Shown here: positions 16,122-26,340 of the stretch, one piece after another
Numbering within the stretch: position 1 is the first letter of the stretch
How the letters are laid out: the number at the start of each line of letters is the position of its first letter
Assembly: GCA_005222965.1 (NCBI GenBank)
Contig: NJBG01000001.1
Location: 896,167-960,166, forward strand
From: Candidatus Woesearchaeota archaeon B3_Woes
GTDB lineage: Archaea; Nanobdellota; Nanobdellia; Woesearchaeales; B3-WOES
Reading direction: 5' to 3'
DNA length: 64,000 bases
Made by a program: the position numbers and the translations under genes
Notes under the pieces: model-generated
The model's database searches: none
The model's input: the letters and a program-made list of their open reading frames with translations, nothing else
What the model was told of the DNA's origin: nothing

Positions 16122-18851
16122 TTATCTAAGAGCTCCTAGAACTTCTCCTAGCTTATCAAAATTAGTGCCAAATCCAATCCAATCCTGTTTATTCATAGAA
16201 TCAAGTATCTGATCATAATAAATTGAAGCTTCTTTAATCAAATCCTTTTGAGATACACCTTCTACAACAACCTTTTTACTAACTGCTTTGCCAAACAAGG
16301 CTTCTAAGGCCAGATCAAAACTCTCTTCCATTACAACTCTTTCACCATCCGAAACTAAAATTCTTTTAAGTTGAGGAAGTTGTCCTTGCTCTGATTGTAT
16401 ATACAAAGGCTCAATATATAGAAGACTATTATCAATTGGAATTACAAGTAAATTCCCTCTTGTAACTTGCGAACCCTGCTGTGACCACAAGGTAATTTGC
16501 TGGGATATCTCAGAATCCTGATCAAACTTAGCTTCTATCTGTAAAGGACCATAAATTAACTTATCTTTTGGAAATTTATACAATATCAACTTGCCATAAT
16601 TTGAACCATCTGAACGTGCAGCCATCCATGCAACCATATTATCTTTTTTAATTGGAGTAAAAGTAGTCATTAAAACAAATTCTTCTTCAGTTTCACCAGG
16701 CAATTTCATTATAATATAATAAGGATCTACTTTTACCTGCTGACCAACACCATAAATCTCATGAGGAATCTGCCATGCATCTTCTTTATTATAGAAAACA
16801 GATATATCATCCATATGATATGTATTATAAATACTTGATTGTATTCTAAACAAATCCTCTGGATATCTTATATGTTTCTTAAGATCCAAAGGCATTGAAT
16901 CAATCAATCTAAACTGTTTTGGGAATATCTTAGCATATGTAATAATTAAAGGATCCGAAGTATCAATAATATAATATGTAATATCCCCATTATATGCATC
17001 AACAACTATTTTCACAGAATTACGTATGTAATTTATAGAACTCTGCTTCTCTGAATAAGGGAAATTTCCAGATAGAGTATATCCATCTACAATCCAAACC
17101 AAACTTCCATTATGCAGAACCAAATAAGGATCATCATCCAACCCTATAAATGGAGTAATCTTAGAAATTCTTTCTATTATGTTTCTTCTGAACATAATTT
17201 TACTGTCAGATGTTATATCAGATGATAAAAGAAGTTTAACATCTTTGAATTTAAAAGCCATTAGGAATTTTTTCATAGTAGAATCTAACCCAACTCCTCC
17301 TCCACCATCATAATTTATGTACTCATTAGTATTCCCTTTTGGATAATCAAATTCATTGGCTTTAGTATTTACTAAAACAAAACCATTATACTTTTCTCCA
17401 TAATATATCTGCGGTTTATCAATTTTTATATTTAAATCATCAACAGTATAGATGGGGGGAATATCTTTTATAAAGAAATTAGGCAAACCCTCCTTTGTTA
17501 CTGAATTTACAGGACTCATTACAACTCCAAATCCATGAGTATAAACCATGTGAATATTAACCCAGGTCTTGGCATTCTGTATAATCTGATTTTGATCTAA
17601 TTCCCTAGGTGCTAGCATAACTTGTGTATACTTTCCATTAATATCATACCTATCAATATCAATTCCAGAAAGGTCATAGTATAATCTTATTTCCTGAGTT
17701 TGTTTATAGGTTTTTACTAATGGCCTCCAATCCAAAATCCTTACATTATCAATTGTTTTAGAAGCCTTAGATAATTTATCAGAAGTTAAATCCATCTCAA
17801 CAGAAAAATCCTTTTCTTCAACATCAGATAATCCATAAGCCATTCTAGTAAATTTAATATTGTTTTCAATATACGGCCTTTCTAAATTTATTTCATTTGG
17901 TGTAACAATAAAAGACTGTACTAATCCAGGAATTATTGTTGGACCAACAAATCCAAATATAAGATAGATCAAAACAACATAACCAAGTATATGTCTTTTC
18001 TTAAGCTGTTTTGAGAAAAACAACATCCAACCAACAAAAACTAATGCAACAACTATTGCCAAGATCATTAAAATCCTAATAATTGGAAGATAAGCAACAA
18101 CATCTGCATAACCTGCTCCTACAACAATGCCTTGTTTAGAATACATAACTGAAAATAATGTAAGATAATGCTTAATAGCAAGTAAAATAAAAATTAAACA
18201 ACCCAAAACAGTTAAATGAATAGTTGAGTTTGCTTTGAATTTTGATAAAACATCTTTGAAATCAAATGAAGGAGAAGAAGGTACTGGTGCTTCAAAATCA
18301 TGTTTCCCATCTGTCTGCCTAAAATTTATTGGTTTAGTTCCTAAAATAAATGATTGTAAGTAATCAAACAAAACCAAAAGGGTTGTAATCATAACACAAG
18401 CCATAACAAATAACCACAATACTGAAAAAAATGGAAGTGAAAAAATATAAAAAGAGACATCTTTCAAAAATATAGGATCCTTTATTGCAAAAGGAACCTG
18501 ATTAAGATACTGCAGTAACAAAAACCACTGTGAAGAAACAGTTATACCAACAAAAAAAGATAGGATACTAACAATCTTTAATTTAGTCTTAAAAGAAATA
18601 ATTTTCTTCTTAGCTTCACTAAATTTCGAAGATATCCATAAATTAAATAGAGCAAAGAAAAAAAACACAAAACCACCAACAAAAAACAAAAATACTTTTG
18701 ATTTAAGACTTATTAAAAAAATAGAAGAAAAACCCAACATATCAAACCACAAATAATCAGTCAAAAGACCAACCAAACCACTGATAAATAAAAAGAACAG
18801 GATTAATACTGTAATTACAACATTTAACACCCAATTTTTTTTATTAGCCAC
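16122..18851 (-). CDS. UPF0182 family integral membrane protein
   Basis: TDYLWF, DPIFLKDVSFYIFSLP, HMVYTHGFG, NYIRNSVK, HIRYPEDLF, GNLLVIP...YIEPLY. Confidence 0.92.
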   Translation of the reverse strand: MANKKNWVLNVVITVLILFFLFISGLVGLLTDYLWFDMLGFSSIFLISLKSKVFLFFVGGFVFFFFALFNLWISSKFSEAKKKIISFKTKLKIVSILSFFVGITVSSQWFLLLQYLNQVPFAIKDPIFLKDVSFYIFSLPFFSVLWLFVMACVMITTLLVLFDYLQSFILGTKPINFRQTDGKHDFEAPVPSSPSFDFKDVLSKFKANSTIHLTVLGCLIFILLAIKHYLTLFSVMYSKQGIVVGAGYADVVAYLPIIRILMILAIVVALVFVGWMLFFSKQLKKRHILGYVVLIYLIFGFVGPTIIPGLVQSFIVTPNEINLERPYIENNIKFTRMAYGLSDVEEKDFSVEMDLTSDKLSKASKTIDNVRILDWRPLVKTYKQTQEIRLYYDLSGIDIDRYDINGKYTQVMLAPRELDQNQIIQNAKTWVNIHMVYTHGFGVVMSPVNSVTKEGLPNFFIKDIPPIYTVDDLNIKIDKPQIYYGEKYNGFVLVNTKANEFDYPKGNTNEYINYDGGGGVGLDSTMKKFLMAFKFKDVKLLLSSDITSDSKIMFRRNIIERISKITPFIGLDDDPYLVLHNGSLVWIVDGYTLSGNFPYSEKQSSINYIRNSVKIVVDAYNGDITYYIIDTSDPLIITYAKIFPKQFRLIDSMPLDLKKHIRYPEDLFRIQSSIYNTYHMDDISVFYNKEDAWQIPHEIYGVGQQVKVDPYYIIMKLPGETEEEFVLMTTFTPIKKDNMVAWMAARSDGSNYGKLILYKFPKDKLIYGPLQIEAKFDQDSEISQQITLWSQQGSQVTRGNLLVIPIDNSLLYIEPLYIQSEQGQLPQLKRILVSDGERVVMEESFDLALEALFGKAVSKKVVVEGVSQKDLIKEASIYYDQILDSMNKQDWIGFGTNFDKLGEVLGALR

Positions 18852-18886
18852 AGAACTAAAATATATGTAATCTTTTTAAACCTTTC

Positions 18887-19951
18887 CTAAAATTTCAAAG
18901 GTTTGCCATCAATCTTTATCAGAGGATTCTTAAAAACCTGATCATAATGAATTATTGTCTTGTTTTTGCCGCCAAACCAATAATTAGAGCCAATAGCAAC
19001 ATGTGCAGTTCCATAAGCCTTCTCATCAACAATAGTAGCTCCAATTATTTTTGCTTTAGGATTTGTACCAATCCCAAACTCAGCCAAATATCTAATTCTT
19101 TCAGGATATTTTGCTCTATCCTCTGCCTGTTTTAGACTTTCATCTAATAATTTAGCTTCTTCATCACCTTTTATTGCAACAACTTTATTATCCTCAATTA
19201 TCAAAATAATTGGTTTTTGTATCAAAACAGCATCTTCTGTATTACGAGAACTTCCGTCGATAACAACCTTTCCATTTATATTATATGGTGCAAAATAAAC
19301 TTCTCCTGCTGGCAAATTTCCACCCATCCCGAATTTTACATACTTTCCATCAGCACTTCTAACATCAACGTTTTTCAAATCAATTGTTAAATCAGTACCA
19401 ATACGGGTAGTTACTTTCATAACTTTACCAGAAGCAATCTTATGTTTAAGCAATTTATCATCTTTCTGTACTTTTGAATAATCTACAGATAAAGCAGTTA
19501 TAACACCTTTAACCATAAAAGTATCTATTGAACTTAAACTGATAGTAGATGCAAACTTATGATTATGAGTAGTACAAAACTTCCTAAAACTTTTACCAAC
19601 ATGATCCATCATACCAATCTTTCCAGACATATTAACAATTATTGTACTGTTTATTGGCATATCAAATAATTTCTTAACAATCTTTGTTTCAGCCTTATCT
19701 AACCCTCTTTTAGGTTCTTGTAAAACAAGATCAACATCTAATTTAAGCTCTTTTGCTGCTAAATAATAAGAAGCAGTCAACAAAGGAGCAACCCTTCTTG
19801 TAGGATAACCAACATCACCAACCAACAAAACCTTTTCTTTACCAACATTCAAACATTGTTTAAGAACTTTAGCAAAATAACCTGAATATTTTTTAGCTAG
19901 GTTAAGAATATCCTCGCGTTCTAACCATTCTAGAAACTCTTTTTCTTCCAT
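18887..19951 (-). CDS. aminopeptidase (M29/AmpS-like)
   Basis: GNLPAGEVYFAP, LAEFGIGTN, DEKAYGTAHVAIG, IHYD. Confidence 0.85.
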   Translation of the reverse strand: MEEKEFLEWLEREDILNLAKKYSGYFAKVLKQCLNVGKEKVLLVGDVGYPTRRVAPLLTASYYLAAKELKLDVDLVLQEPKRGLDKAETKIVKKLFDMPINSTIIVNMSGKIGMMDHVGKSFRKFCTTHNHKFASTISLSSIDTFMVKGVITALSVDYSKVQKDDKLLKHKIASGKVMKVTTRIGTDLTIDLKNVDVRSADGKYVKFGMGGNLPAGEVYFAPYNINGKVVIDGSSRNTEDAVLIQKPIILIIEDNKVVAIKGDEEAKLLDESLKQAEDRAKYPERIRYLAEFGIGTNPKAKIIGATIVDEKAYGTAHVAIGSNYWFGGKNKTIIHYDQVFKNPLIKIDGKPLKF

Positions 19952-20010
19952 AATATAATTTAAATATTATTATTATTAAACTTTTCTTTTTTTTAGAATA
20001 ATTAAATAAA

Positions 20011-20382
20011 TTATAGCTTCTTTTTGATCTTTCCTGTTAAAGAAAAATCTTTGATTTTCTTAGGTTTATGTAAAAATACATTGTATCCTTTTTCATTGTA
20101 TCGCGGAATGAGATGCCAATGTACATGACATGTTTCATCCATATATATCAAATATACTTTTTTAATTTTTAATGTTTTTATCAACACATTTCTGATATCA
20201 TCAACTTTATTCATTAAGTACTTATAATCTTTTTTTGATAATAGATGCAAATCTTTAATTGATTTTTTCCAGACAACCACAGTATGACCTTTTACAATTG
20301 GAAAGTTAGCAAGACACACATACAATTTCTTATCTTCATAGATAATGGCATCTTTAAATGGTTTAGGTAAATCAGGTTTCAT
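20011..20382 (-). CDS. HIT family hydrolase
   Basis: HVHWHLIPRY histidine triad; GHTVV. Confidence 0.9.
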   Translation of the reverse strand: MKPDLPKPFKDAIIYEDKKLYVCLANFPIVKGHTVVVWKKSIKDLHLLSKKDYKYLMNKVDDIRNVLIKTLKIKKVYLIYMDETCHVHWHLIPRYNEKGYNVFLHKPKKIKDFSLTGKIKKKL

Positions 20383-20457
20383 AAATTTATTATAGAAAAG
20401 ATGTTTATAAAATTATCTATATATTAAAATTGTTCATAAATTACTTTTAAAACATAA

Positions 20458-21018
20458 TTATTCTAAACTTAAGAAATCCATTGTTGGTTTATATCCTTCT
20501 TGCAACCAATATCTTGATCTATCTAACATTATATCTGATTCATCTTTATACTGTTGTTTAACACCATCAACCAACAGACGTAGAAACTGATTAAAATTAT
20601 TAGCTACAACCATAGTCTCTCTTGAATCATGAGCTGTATTTAAAACACGTCCTTGCATAATTAGATATTCTGAATTAACATCAATCGTAATTGGATCACC
20701 ATTATCAGATGCTATCTCAACAACATCATCACAACCCTCAATCTCTTTTCCACTTTCTGGATTTGTATCATATAATAAGAGATGTTCTTCCAGTTCACTT
20801 ATACTATGAAAATATATATCTGAAATCTCAGCTCCATTTGAAAATCTTAAAAAAGCTAGATAATCATCTGATATTTCACTCCCTTTTACGGCATATTCCC
20901 TCTTAAGAGATTCTATTTCTTCTTCGCTTGCACCAGTATTAAATTTAATATCTTCTCTTTCTGTTTCAAGTTTTCGAAGCTCTGAAAAAATATCATCAAT
21001 TGAACTATTTTTTACCAT
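20458..21018 (-). CDS. SMI1/KNR4 (SUKH) family protein
   Basis: GASEEEIESL...DYLAFLRFSNG...IASDNGD...VVANNFNQFL. Confidence 0.75.
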   Translation of the reverse strand: MVKNSSIDDIFSELRKLETEREDIKFNTGASEEEIESLKREYAVKGSEISDDYLAFLRFSNGAEISDIYFHSISELEEHLLLYDTNPESGKEIEGCDDVVEIASDNGDPITIDVNSEYLIMQGRVLNTAHDSRETMVVANNFNQFLRLLVDGVKQQYKDESDIMLDRSRYWLQEGYKPTMDFLSLE

Positions 21019-21142
21019 GTTATTAAGTATAAAAAGACTAATATATAAATCTTTCGTTTTGTTATTACTTATTAGTAGATATTAAATTTATAAAAACGAA
21101 AAAACAATAAATTTAAATATCCAATAATTAATAAAGAACTAT

Positions 21143-21532
21143 ATGGGTATATTCAACATTGTCAAAAAAAAGAGGCCTTTAGAAGAAACAGAAGATTTTG
21201 AAAGAGATATTCATTCTATAGTAGACTTCTTAGCTCATGTAGGAAGAGACGTAAAAGATCTTTACGAACTAGTCGCTAAAGTAAAAAAAGCAAGAGCAAA
21301 AGAAAGATCAGAAGTTGATGGCAAAAAACAAATCAAACTGTTAGAAGAAGAAATAAAGGCATGGGACAAATTCCTTGAAATGTTTGTTATGTTTGATAGA
21401 GACATAGACATAACAGGCGAAAGAGTAAAAAAGATTTCTCAAATTCTAAAAGAAGAAGCAAAAACAATGAAAATAGACCAAGACTTACTAAAAAAAATCA
21501 ACAAAAAAAGAGAATGGGTCTTTAATTGGTAA
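21143..21532 (+). CDS. hypothetical helical/coiled-coil protein
   Basis: 129-aa charged ORF directly upstream of the RSH gene. Confidence 0.65.
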   Translation: MGIFNIVKKKRPLEETEDFERDIHSIVDFLAHVGRDVKDLYELVAKVKKARAKERSEVDGKKQIKLLEEEIKAWDKFLEMFVMFDRDIDITGERVKKISQILKEEAKTMKIDQDLLKKINKKREWVFNW

Positions 21533-21569
21533 CCAATAATCTTTTATACTTCTAAACTACTCCCTCATC

Positions 21570-23489
21570 ATGGAAACAAAAGTACCTGCACTAAAAAAAT
21601 TCCTAGAGGAAGTTAAAAGTTATAATCCAAAAGCAGACTTTAAAATAATTGAAAAAGCATTCAATCTATCAAAAAAAGCCCACAAAGGCCAAAAAAGAGC
21701 ATCAGGCAAACCCTACTTCTCTCATCCAATTGCAGTTGGAAGAACACTAATGGATCTTAATGTAGATTCTGCCACAATATGCGCATCTCTTTTACATGAT
21801 GTTATAGAAGATACAAAAATAACATATGAACAACTATCAAAAGAATTCAATAAAGAAATAGCAAATATTGTTGATGGCTTAACTCATATAGAAAAGATAA
21901 AATTTCAAAGCAGGGAAGAATATACTAATAAAAATATAAGAAAAGTTTTGCTAGCATCATCTAAAGATATTAGAATAATCTTAATCAAGTTAGCAGACAG
22001 GCTCCACAACATGCAAACCCTAAAATACATAAATCAAGGGAATCAAAAAAGGATAGCTAGAATAACTTTAGATATATTTGCACCGATTGCTGAAAAATTA
22101 GGATTATGGACTATTAAAGGAGAATTAGAAGACCTTTCATTAAAATTCCTAGAACCAAAAACATACGAATCTCTTAAAAAGAAGATTGGTGAAAAAAGAA
22201 CAAAAAGAGAACAACAAACAATAGAGATTGTTAACCTAATCCAAAAAGAACTTGAACACAACCATATAAAAGCAAAAACATTTGGAAGAGCAAAATATTT
22301 CTACAGCATCTACAAAAAGATGACGAAAAAGGATAAGAGATTTGATGAAATATTCGATTTAATTGGTATCAGAATAATTACTTCTAATGAAAGAGAGTGT
22401 TACGCAGCATTAAATTTAGTGCATAATCTATGGCCTCACAAAAAAACACAACTCAAAGATTATATAAAATACCCAAAAGACAACGGCTATCAATCAATGC
22501 ACACAACCGTCTATGGTCCTTATAATAAAGTACTGGAAATCCAGATAAGAGATCTTAAAATGCATTATGAAGCAGAAGGAGGTATTGCTGCTCATTGGAG
22601 ATATGCTGGAACAGAAAGAGACAAAGAATTTGACAGGCGTATCCAATGGTTTAAACAAGCAATAGAATGGAGAAGGTTTTCAAAAAACGCAAAAGAGTTT
22701 ATAGAAAACCTTAAAATGGATTTTTATGAAAACGAAATAATAATATTAACACCAAAAGGAGATCCTATTCCATTAAAAGAAGGCTCAACACCTTTGGATT
22801 TTGCTTACGAACTTCACACTTCAATCGGAAATCATTGTTCTGCAGCTATTGTAAATGGAAAAGCAGTTCCATTAGACTATAAATTAAAGAGCGGCCAAGT
22901 AGTTAACATAATAACCAAAGAAAAAGCCCACCCCTCTAGCTCATGGCTTAATATTGTCCAGACAAATCGTGCAAAATCCAAAATAAGAAGTTCTCTTGGA
23001 CTTACAATGAAGAGAAGCAAAATCACAATACCCTCTTTTGAAGAATCAAGCATAGCTCATAAATTACAGCTTAAAGATCCAACAATAAAAGCCAAAATAA
23101 AAATTGCAAGGTGCTGTAATCCTAGACTAAACGACCCTGTGATGGGTTACAAATACAACCACAACATAATAATTGTACACAATATAGAATGTCCTCAGAT
23201 GTCTGTTTTTGATAAAACAAAAAGAGTAAATGTTTTTTGGAAAATTAAGGAAACAGAAATAGATTCTAACACATTTAGAATAAAAGTTACTGACAGGGTT
23301 GGATTATTATCAGAAATACTTAATCTTTTCTCACAATATGGTCTTAAATTAGAATCTGTAACAACAAAAATATCCAAGAAAAGAGTTTTTTTTATAATTA
23401 AGATAAAGAAAATAAATCCAAAAACTTCAAAAGAAATCTTCACAAGACTTAAAACAATACCAAATGTCTTAGATATCTTCTTTGTCTAG
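21570..23489 (+). CDS. long RelA/SpoT homolog (HD, synthetase, TGS, zinc finger, ACT)
   Basis: HKGQKRASGKPY, LLHDVIEDT, IKLADRLHNM, DLIGIRI, KDYIKYPKDNGYQSMHT, EIQIR, TPLDFAY, CCNP, DRVGLL. Confidence 0.93.
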   Translation: METKVPALKKFLEEVKSYNPKADFKIIEKAFNLSKKAHKGQKRASGKPYFSHPIAVGRTLMDLNVDSATICASLLHDVIEDTKITYEQLSKEFNKEIANIVDGLTHIEKIKFQSREEYTNKNIRKVLLASSKDIRIILIKLADRLHNMQTLKYINQGNQKRIARITLDIFAPIAEKLGLWTIKGELEDLSLKFLEPKTYESLKKKIGEKRTKREQQTIEIVNLIQKELEHNHIKAKTFGRAKYFYSIYKKMTKKDKRFDEIFDLIGIRIITSNERECYAALNLVHNLWPHKKTQLKDYIKYPKDNGYQSMHTTVYGPYNKVLEIQIRDLKMHYEAEGGIAAHWRYAGTERDKEFDRRIQWFKQAIEWRRFSKNAKEFIENLKMDFYENEIIILTPKGDPIPLKEGSTPLDFAYELHTSIGNHCSAAIVNGKAVPLDYKLKSGQVVNIITKEKAHPSSSWLNIVQTNRAKSKIRSSLGLTMKRSKITIPSFEESSIAHKLQLKDPTIKAKIKIARCCNPRLNDPVMGYKYNHNIIIVHNIECPQMSVFDKTKRVNVFWKIKETEIDSNTFRIKVTDRVGLLSEILNLFSQYGLKLESVTTKISKKRVFFIIKIKKINPKTSKEIFTRLKTIPNVLDIFFV

Positions 23490-23492
23490 TTT
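23415..23492 (+). repeat. 78-bp direct repeat, left copy (3' end of the RSH gene)
   Basis: 77/78 identical to 27299-27376. Confidence 0.92.
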
Positions 23493-23618
23493 TATCATTA
23501 TATTCAATAATATAACCTTTAACACATTCTTTCCCGAATAATTCTATGTAGAGATGTTGTGTTGATTTAATTTTTCATCAACTTCTTCATATTTATTCAC
23601 AACTCAGTTTTTTGCCTT

Positions 23619-24953
23619 TTAAATACTAAAGTACAAACTTGTTTTCGCTATTCCTGTTTTGATTAATGCATCGTATAGTTTCTGATGTTCTATGTCTCCT
23701 ATCTGTGTTGCTATCTCTAATGCTTTTTCGTATTTCATTTCTTCCTGAAATGCAGTCATTGCTTGTGGTAAGTATTTGTCTTCTCCGGTTATTTCTAGTG
23801 CTTGAAGAAGAAATTCACCCTTATTTCTGTCAGGTTTCGTTTGCCTTTTTTCTTTAGATACGACTACATCAACCGCTTCGATAACTTTACTTTTGTACCC
23901 ATTGCTAATTAACTTTTCAGCATCTGTTAAGAAACGCTCAGCAAGTGAGTCAGTATACTTCATAAAAATACGTTCTGACAAATGTGTTGCAGAAATTATA
24001 AGTTCATACAAGCTATTTTGTACATCATCTTTTTTCCTTTCCTCTACTGTCTGCACATCTATTTCTAACTCTAAATGCTTAAGACAGTGTATCTTATCAT
24101 AACTGCTTACATCATTGTTTACATTGTCTATTCCTTCTTGTGCTATTTTATTAGCATATTCTGGATGAATATTTTTAGCAAAGAAAATTGCCTTGGTATA
24201 AGGGTTAGTATATTGGCCGTCGTTGATTATTTCTTGTGTGTGTTTAATAACTTTTTTTTCAACCCATTTTCTGTTTGTTGGATTTGTTTTGATTCCTATT
24301 AGAGCCTCTCTCAAGTGTGCTAAATAAGACTGCCTTTTTGTTGGTTCTGCTATGAGAGATTCGTAAATTTCTTTGAATAAAGTTACTGCTTTTTTATCTG
24401 CATTTATTCTTTTGTATCCTTGTGCAACTGTGCTGAGAGAAGCTCTAAAAATTTGTCTTTCATCTTGTGCATCGATTTCGTTTGATAAAGATAAAGTGTT
24501 TGCTTTTTCTTTGATGTTTTTAACAACCTTATCAATTGTGTCTTCAGAAGTTGTCCCTCGAAGAACTTTTTCAAAATCATGATCAAACCCATTGATGACT
24601 GTGTTGGAAATGTATGTGTACATTTCTTCAGCACGTTTAGGGTCAATGTTCATTATCCGATCCGCTTCTATTTCCGCAAATGTTAAATATTCTCTTTTTG
24701 GATTCTCATCTTCAATCATAAGATCAATTATTTCTGAGAACTCAGAGTCTTGCTGGAAGCCTTGTACGTCCATAGATACAGAACTTGTTGTGTGCTTCGT
24801 TATTATTTCTCCTGCAAATGCTATCAGAAATCTTTCTCTTTCAGACATATAACCCCACCCTCCACAATCTAGGTTGTGTTGTGTGTTGTCTAATTGTGCT
24901 GTTATTTCTGCTAATGTTAATGTTTGTTCTTCTTGTGTTTGATTTGTTTCCAT
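23619..24953 (-). CDS. hypothetical alpha-helical (TPR-like) protein, paralog of 24977-26209
   Basis: Shared N-terminus METNQTQEEQTLTL; helical repeats. Confidence 0.7.
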   Translation of the reverse strand: METNQTQEEQTLTLAEITAQLDNTQHNLDCGGWGYMSERERFLIAFAGEIITKHTTSSVSMDVQGFQQDSEFSEIIDLMIEDENPKREYLTFAEIEADRIMNIDPKRAEEMYTYISNTVINGFDHDFEKVLRGTTSEDTIDKVVKNIKEKANTLSLSNEIDAQDERQIFRASLSTVAQGYKRINADKKAVTLFKEIYESLIAEPTKRQSYLAHLREALIGIKTNPTNRKWVEKKVIKHTQEIINDGQYTNPYTKAIFFAKNIHPEYANKIAQEGIDNVNNDVSSYDKIHCLKHLELEIDVQTVEERKKDDVQNSLYELIISATHLSERIFMKYTDSLAERFLTDAEKLISNGYKSKVIEAVDVVVSKEKRQTKPDRNKGEFLLQALEITGEDKYLPQAMTAFQEEMKYEKALEIATQIGDIEHQKLYDALIKTGIAKTSLYFSI

Positions 24954-24976
24954 TTTTTATTCACTTTCCATGTTTA

Positions 24977-26209
24977 TTACTCTAGCTTCAAGTACGCATC
25001 TATTGACCTGAATATCTGTTTTTGTTTTTTATTTCCAGCTTCTGTTGCAAGTATTGTTAATTCGTCATATTGACCATGTCTTTTGAAAGCGGATATTGCT
25101 TTGTCAAGGTAGTTCTCTCCTCCTAGCAATCTATGTACTTGAAGAAAACGTTCTCCTTCTTGTTCGCTAATCTCTGATTGTTTCATTTCTTCTTTATAGG
25201 TAATCGCTTCAGTGATAGCGTTTTCTGCTTCTTCAGCAAATCCTTTTTCTACTAGTTTTTCAATTGCATACCAGAAAGATAACTCTTTCGATGCATCTCC
25301 TCCCGCAGCGTATTCTTCATCTAAAAACGCGAAAGAGACATCTTCTTTAACTGTTGTCCGGTAATCATCAAGTCTTTGTTTTTCAACATGATTTTTTGTT
25401 TGCTCATCAGGTTCCATGTCAAGTATTTTGTATAGAGTGTGTTTTTCAGAATAGTTATTAGAATTTCTTATTCCTTCTTTGGCCATAGTTCTGGCAAGTT
25501 GTTGATCATATCCTTTAGCAGCATTAAACGCTTGTAAATATTCTTTATTCTCAAAATGTTCATTAGCTTTTGCTATTGCTAATATTTTCAATTTTTCGTT
25601 TGCTTTTTTCGTGCTTGTTCCATTAGCATTTAACTTTACTATTCTTAATAGATCGTCTGTTTCTTCATATAATTCGACTGCTTTTCTTGGATTGCCTAGT
25701 TTGTTATATTTGCTGGCTGCAGAACGAAGTATTTTAGTAAATTGTTCTTCCCCTAGCATTTGTTCTTTATCTCTTGCAATGCTAAGCGCTTGTTCGAGTA
25801 TTCTTTCAGATTTAGTGGACAAAATTACATTGTCTAGATAATTCAATTCTTCGCCTGTGCTTTCTGAGATTTTATCAAGCATAAACTTATACATCTCGCT
25901 TACTCGTTCAGGATTGTGTTTCTCTGACTCATATGCTTCAACGTGTGCAACTTCTAGATGGTGCCTGCTTATTCCTTTTTCATGTAGGATAAAATTTATA
26001 AGTGAACTTTTCTCATCTTCAGATAATCTTCCTCTTTTATCATGAAGATTAATTAAGAAACTTTCCTTTTCAGTTAAGTCTTCAACAGTCTGATAATGTG
26101 ACCTAAGAGTTTTTAGAGGTGCTTGAAAACCTCTTGTTTCATTATCTAGTTGTGCTACTATTTCTTTTAGTGTTAATGTTTGTTCTTCTTGTGTTTGATT
26201 TGTTTTCAT
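24977..26209 (-). CDS. hypothetical alpha-helical (TPR-like) protein
   Basis: MKTNQTQEEQTLTL; KLGNPRKAVELYEE TPR-like segment. Confidence 0.7.
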   Translation of the reverse strand: MKTNQTQEEQTLTLKEIVAQLDNETRGFQAPLKTLRSHYQTVEDLTEKESFLINLHDKRGRLSEDEKSSLINFILHEKGISRHHLEVAHVEAYESEKHNPERVSEMYKFMLDKISESTGEELNYLDNVILSTKSERILEQALSIARDKEQMLGEEQFTKILRSAASKYNKLGNPRKAVELYEETDDLLRIVKLNANGTSTKKANEKLKILAIAKANEHFENKEYLQAFNAAKGYDQQLARTMAKEGIRNSNNYSEKHTLYKILDMEPDEQTKNHVEKQRLDDYRTTVKEDVSFAFLDEEYAAGGDASKELSFWYAIEKLVEKGFAEEAENAITEAITYKEEMKQSEISEQEGERFLQVHRLLGGENYLDKAISAFKRHGQYDELTILATEAGNKKQKQIFRSIDAYLKLE

Positions 26210-26340
26210 TTTTTATTCACCTTTTAATTTTTATTTACTTATTAGTAGTTAAAGTATTTCAACAATTATATAAAACTTTTCATTGATTTTTTTACTATTT
26301 AACCACAAAGTATATAAATACAACCAGATTAGTAGATATT

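Noticed and set aside
21065..21078. TTACTTATTAGTAG shared with ~26235-26248
   Set aside because: A short AT-rich match with no further context that could arise by chance
23494..23610. Coding-like remnant on the minus strand inside the islet
   Set aside because: Interrupted by stops and too short to assign
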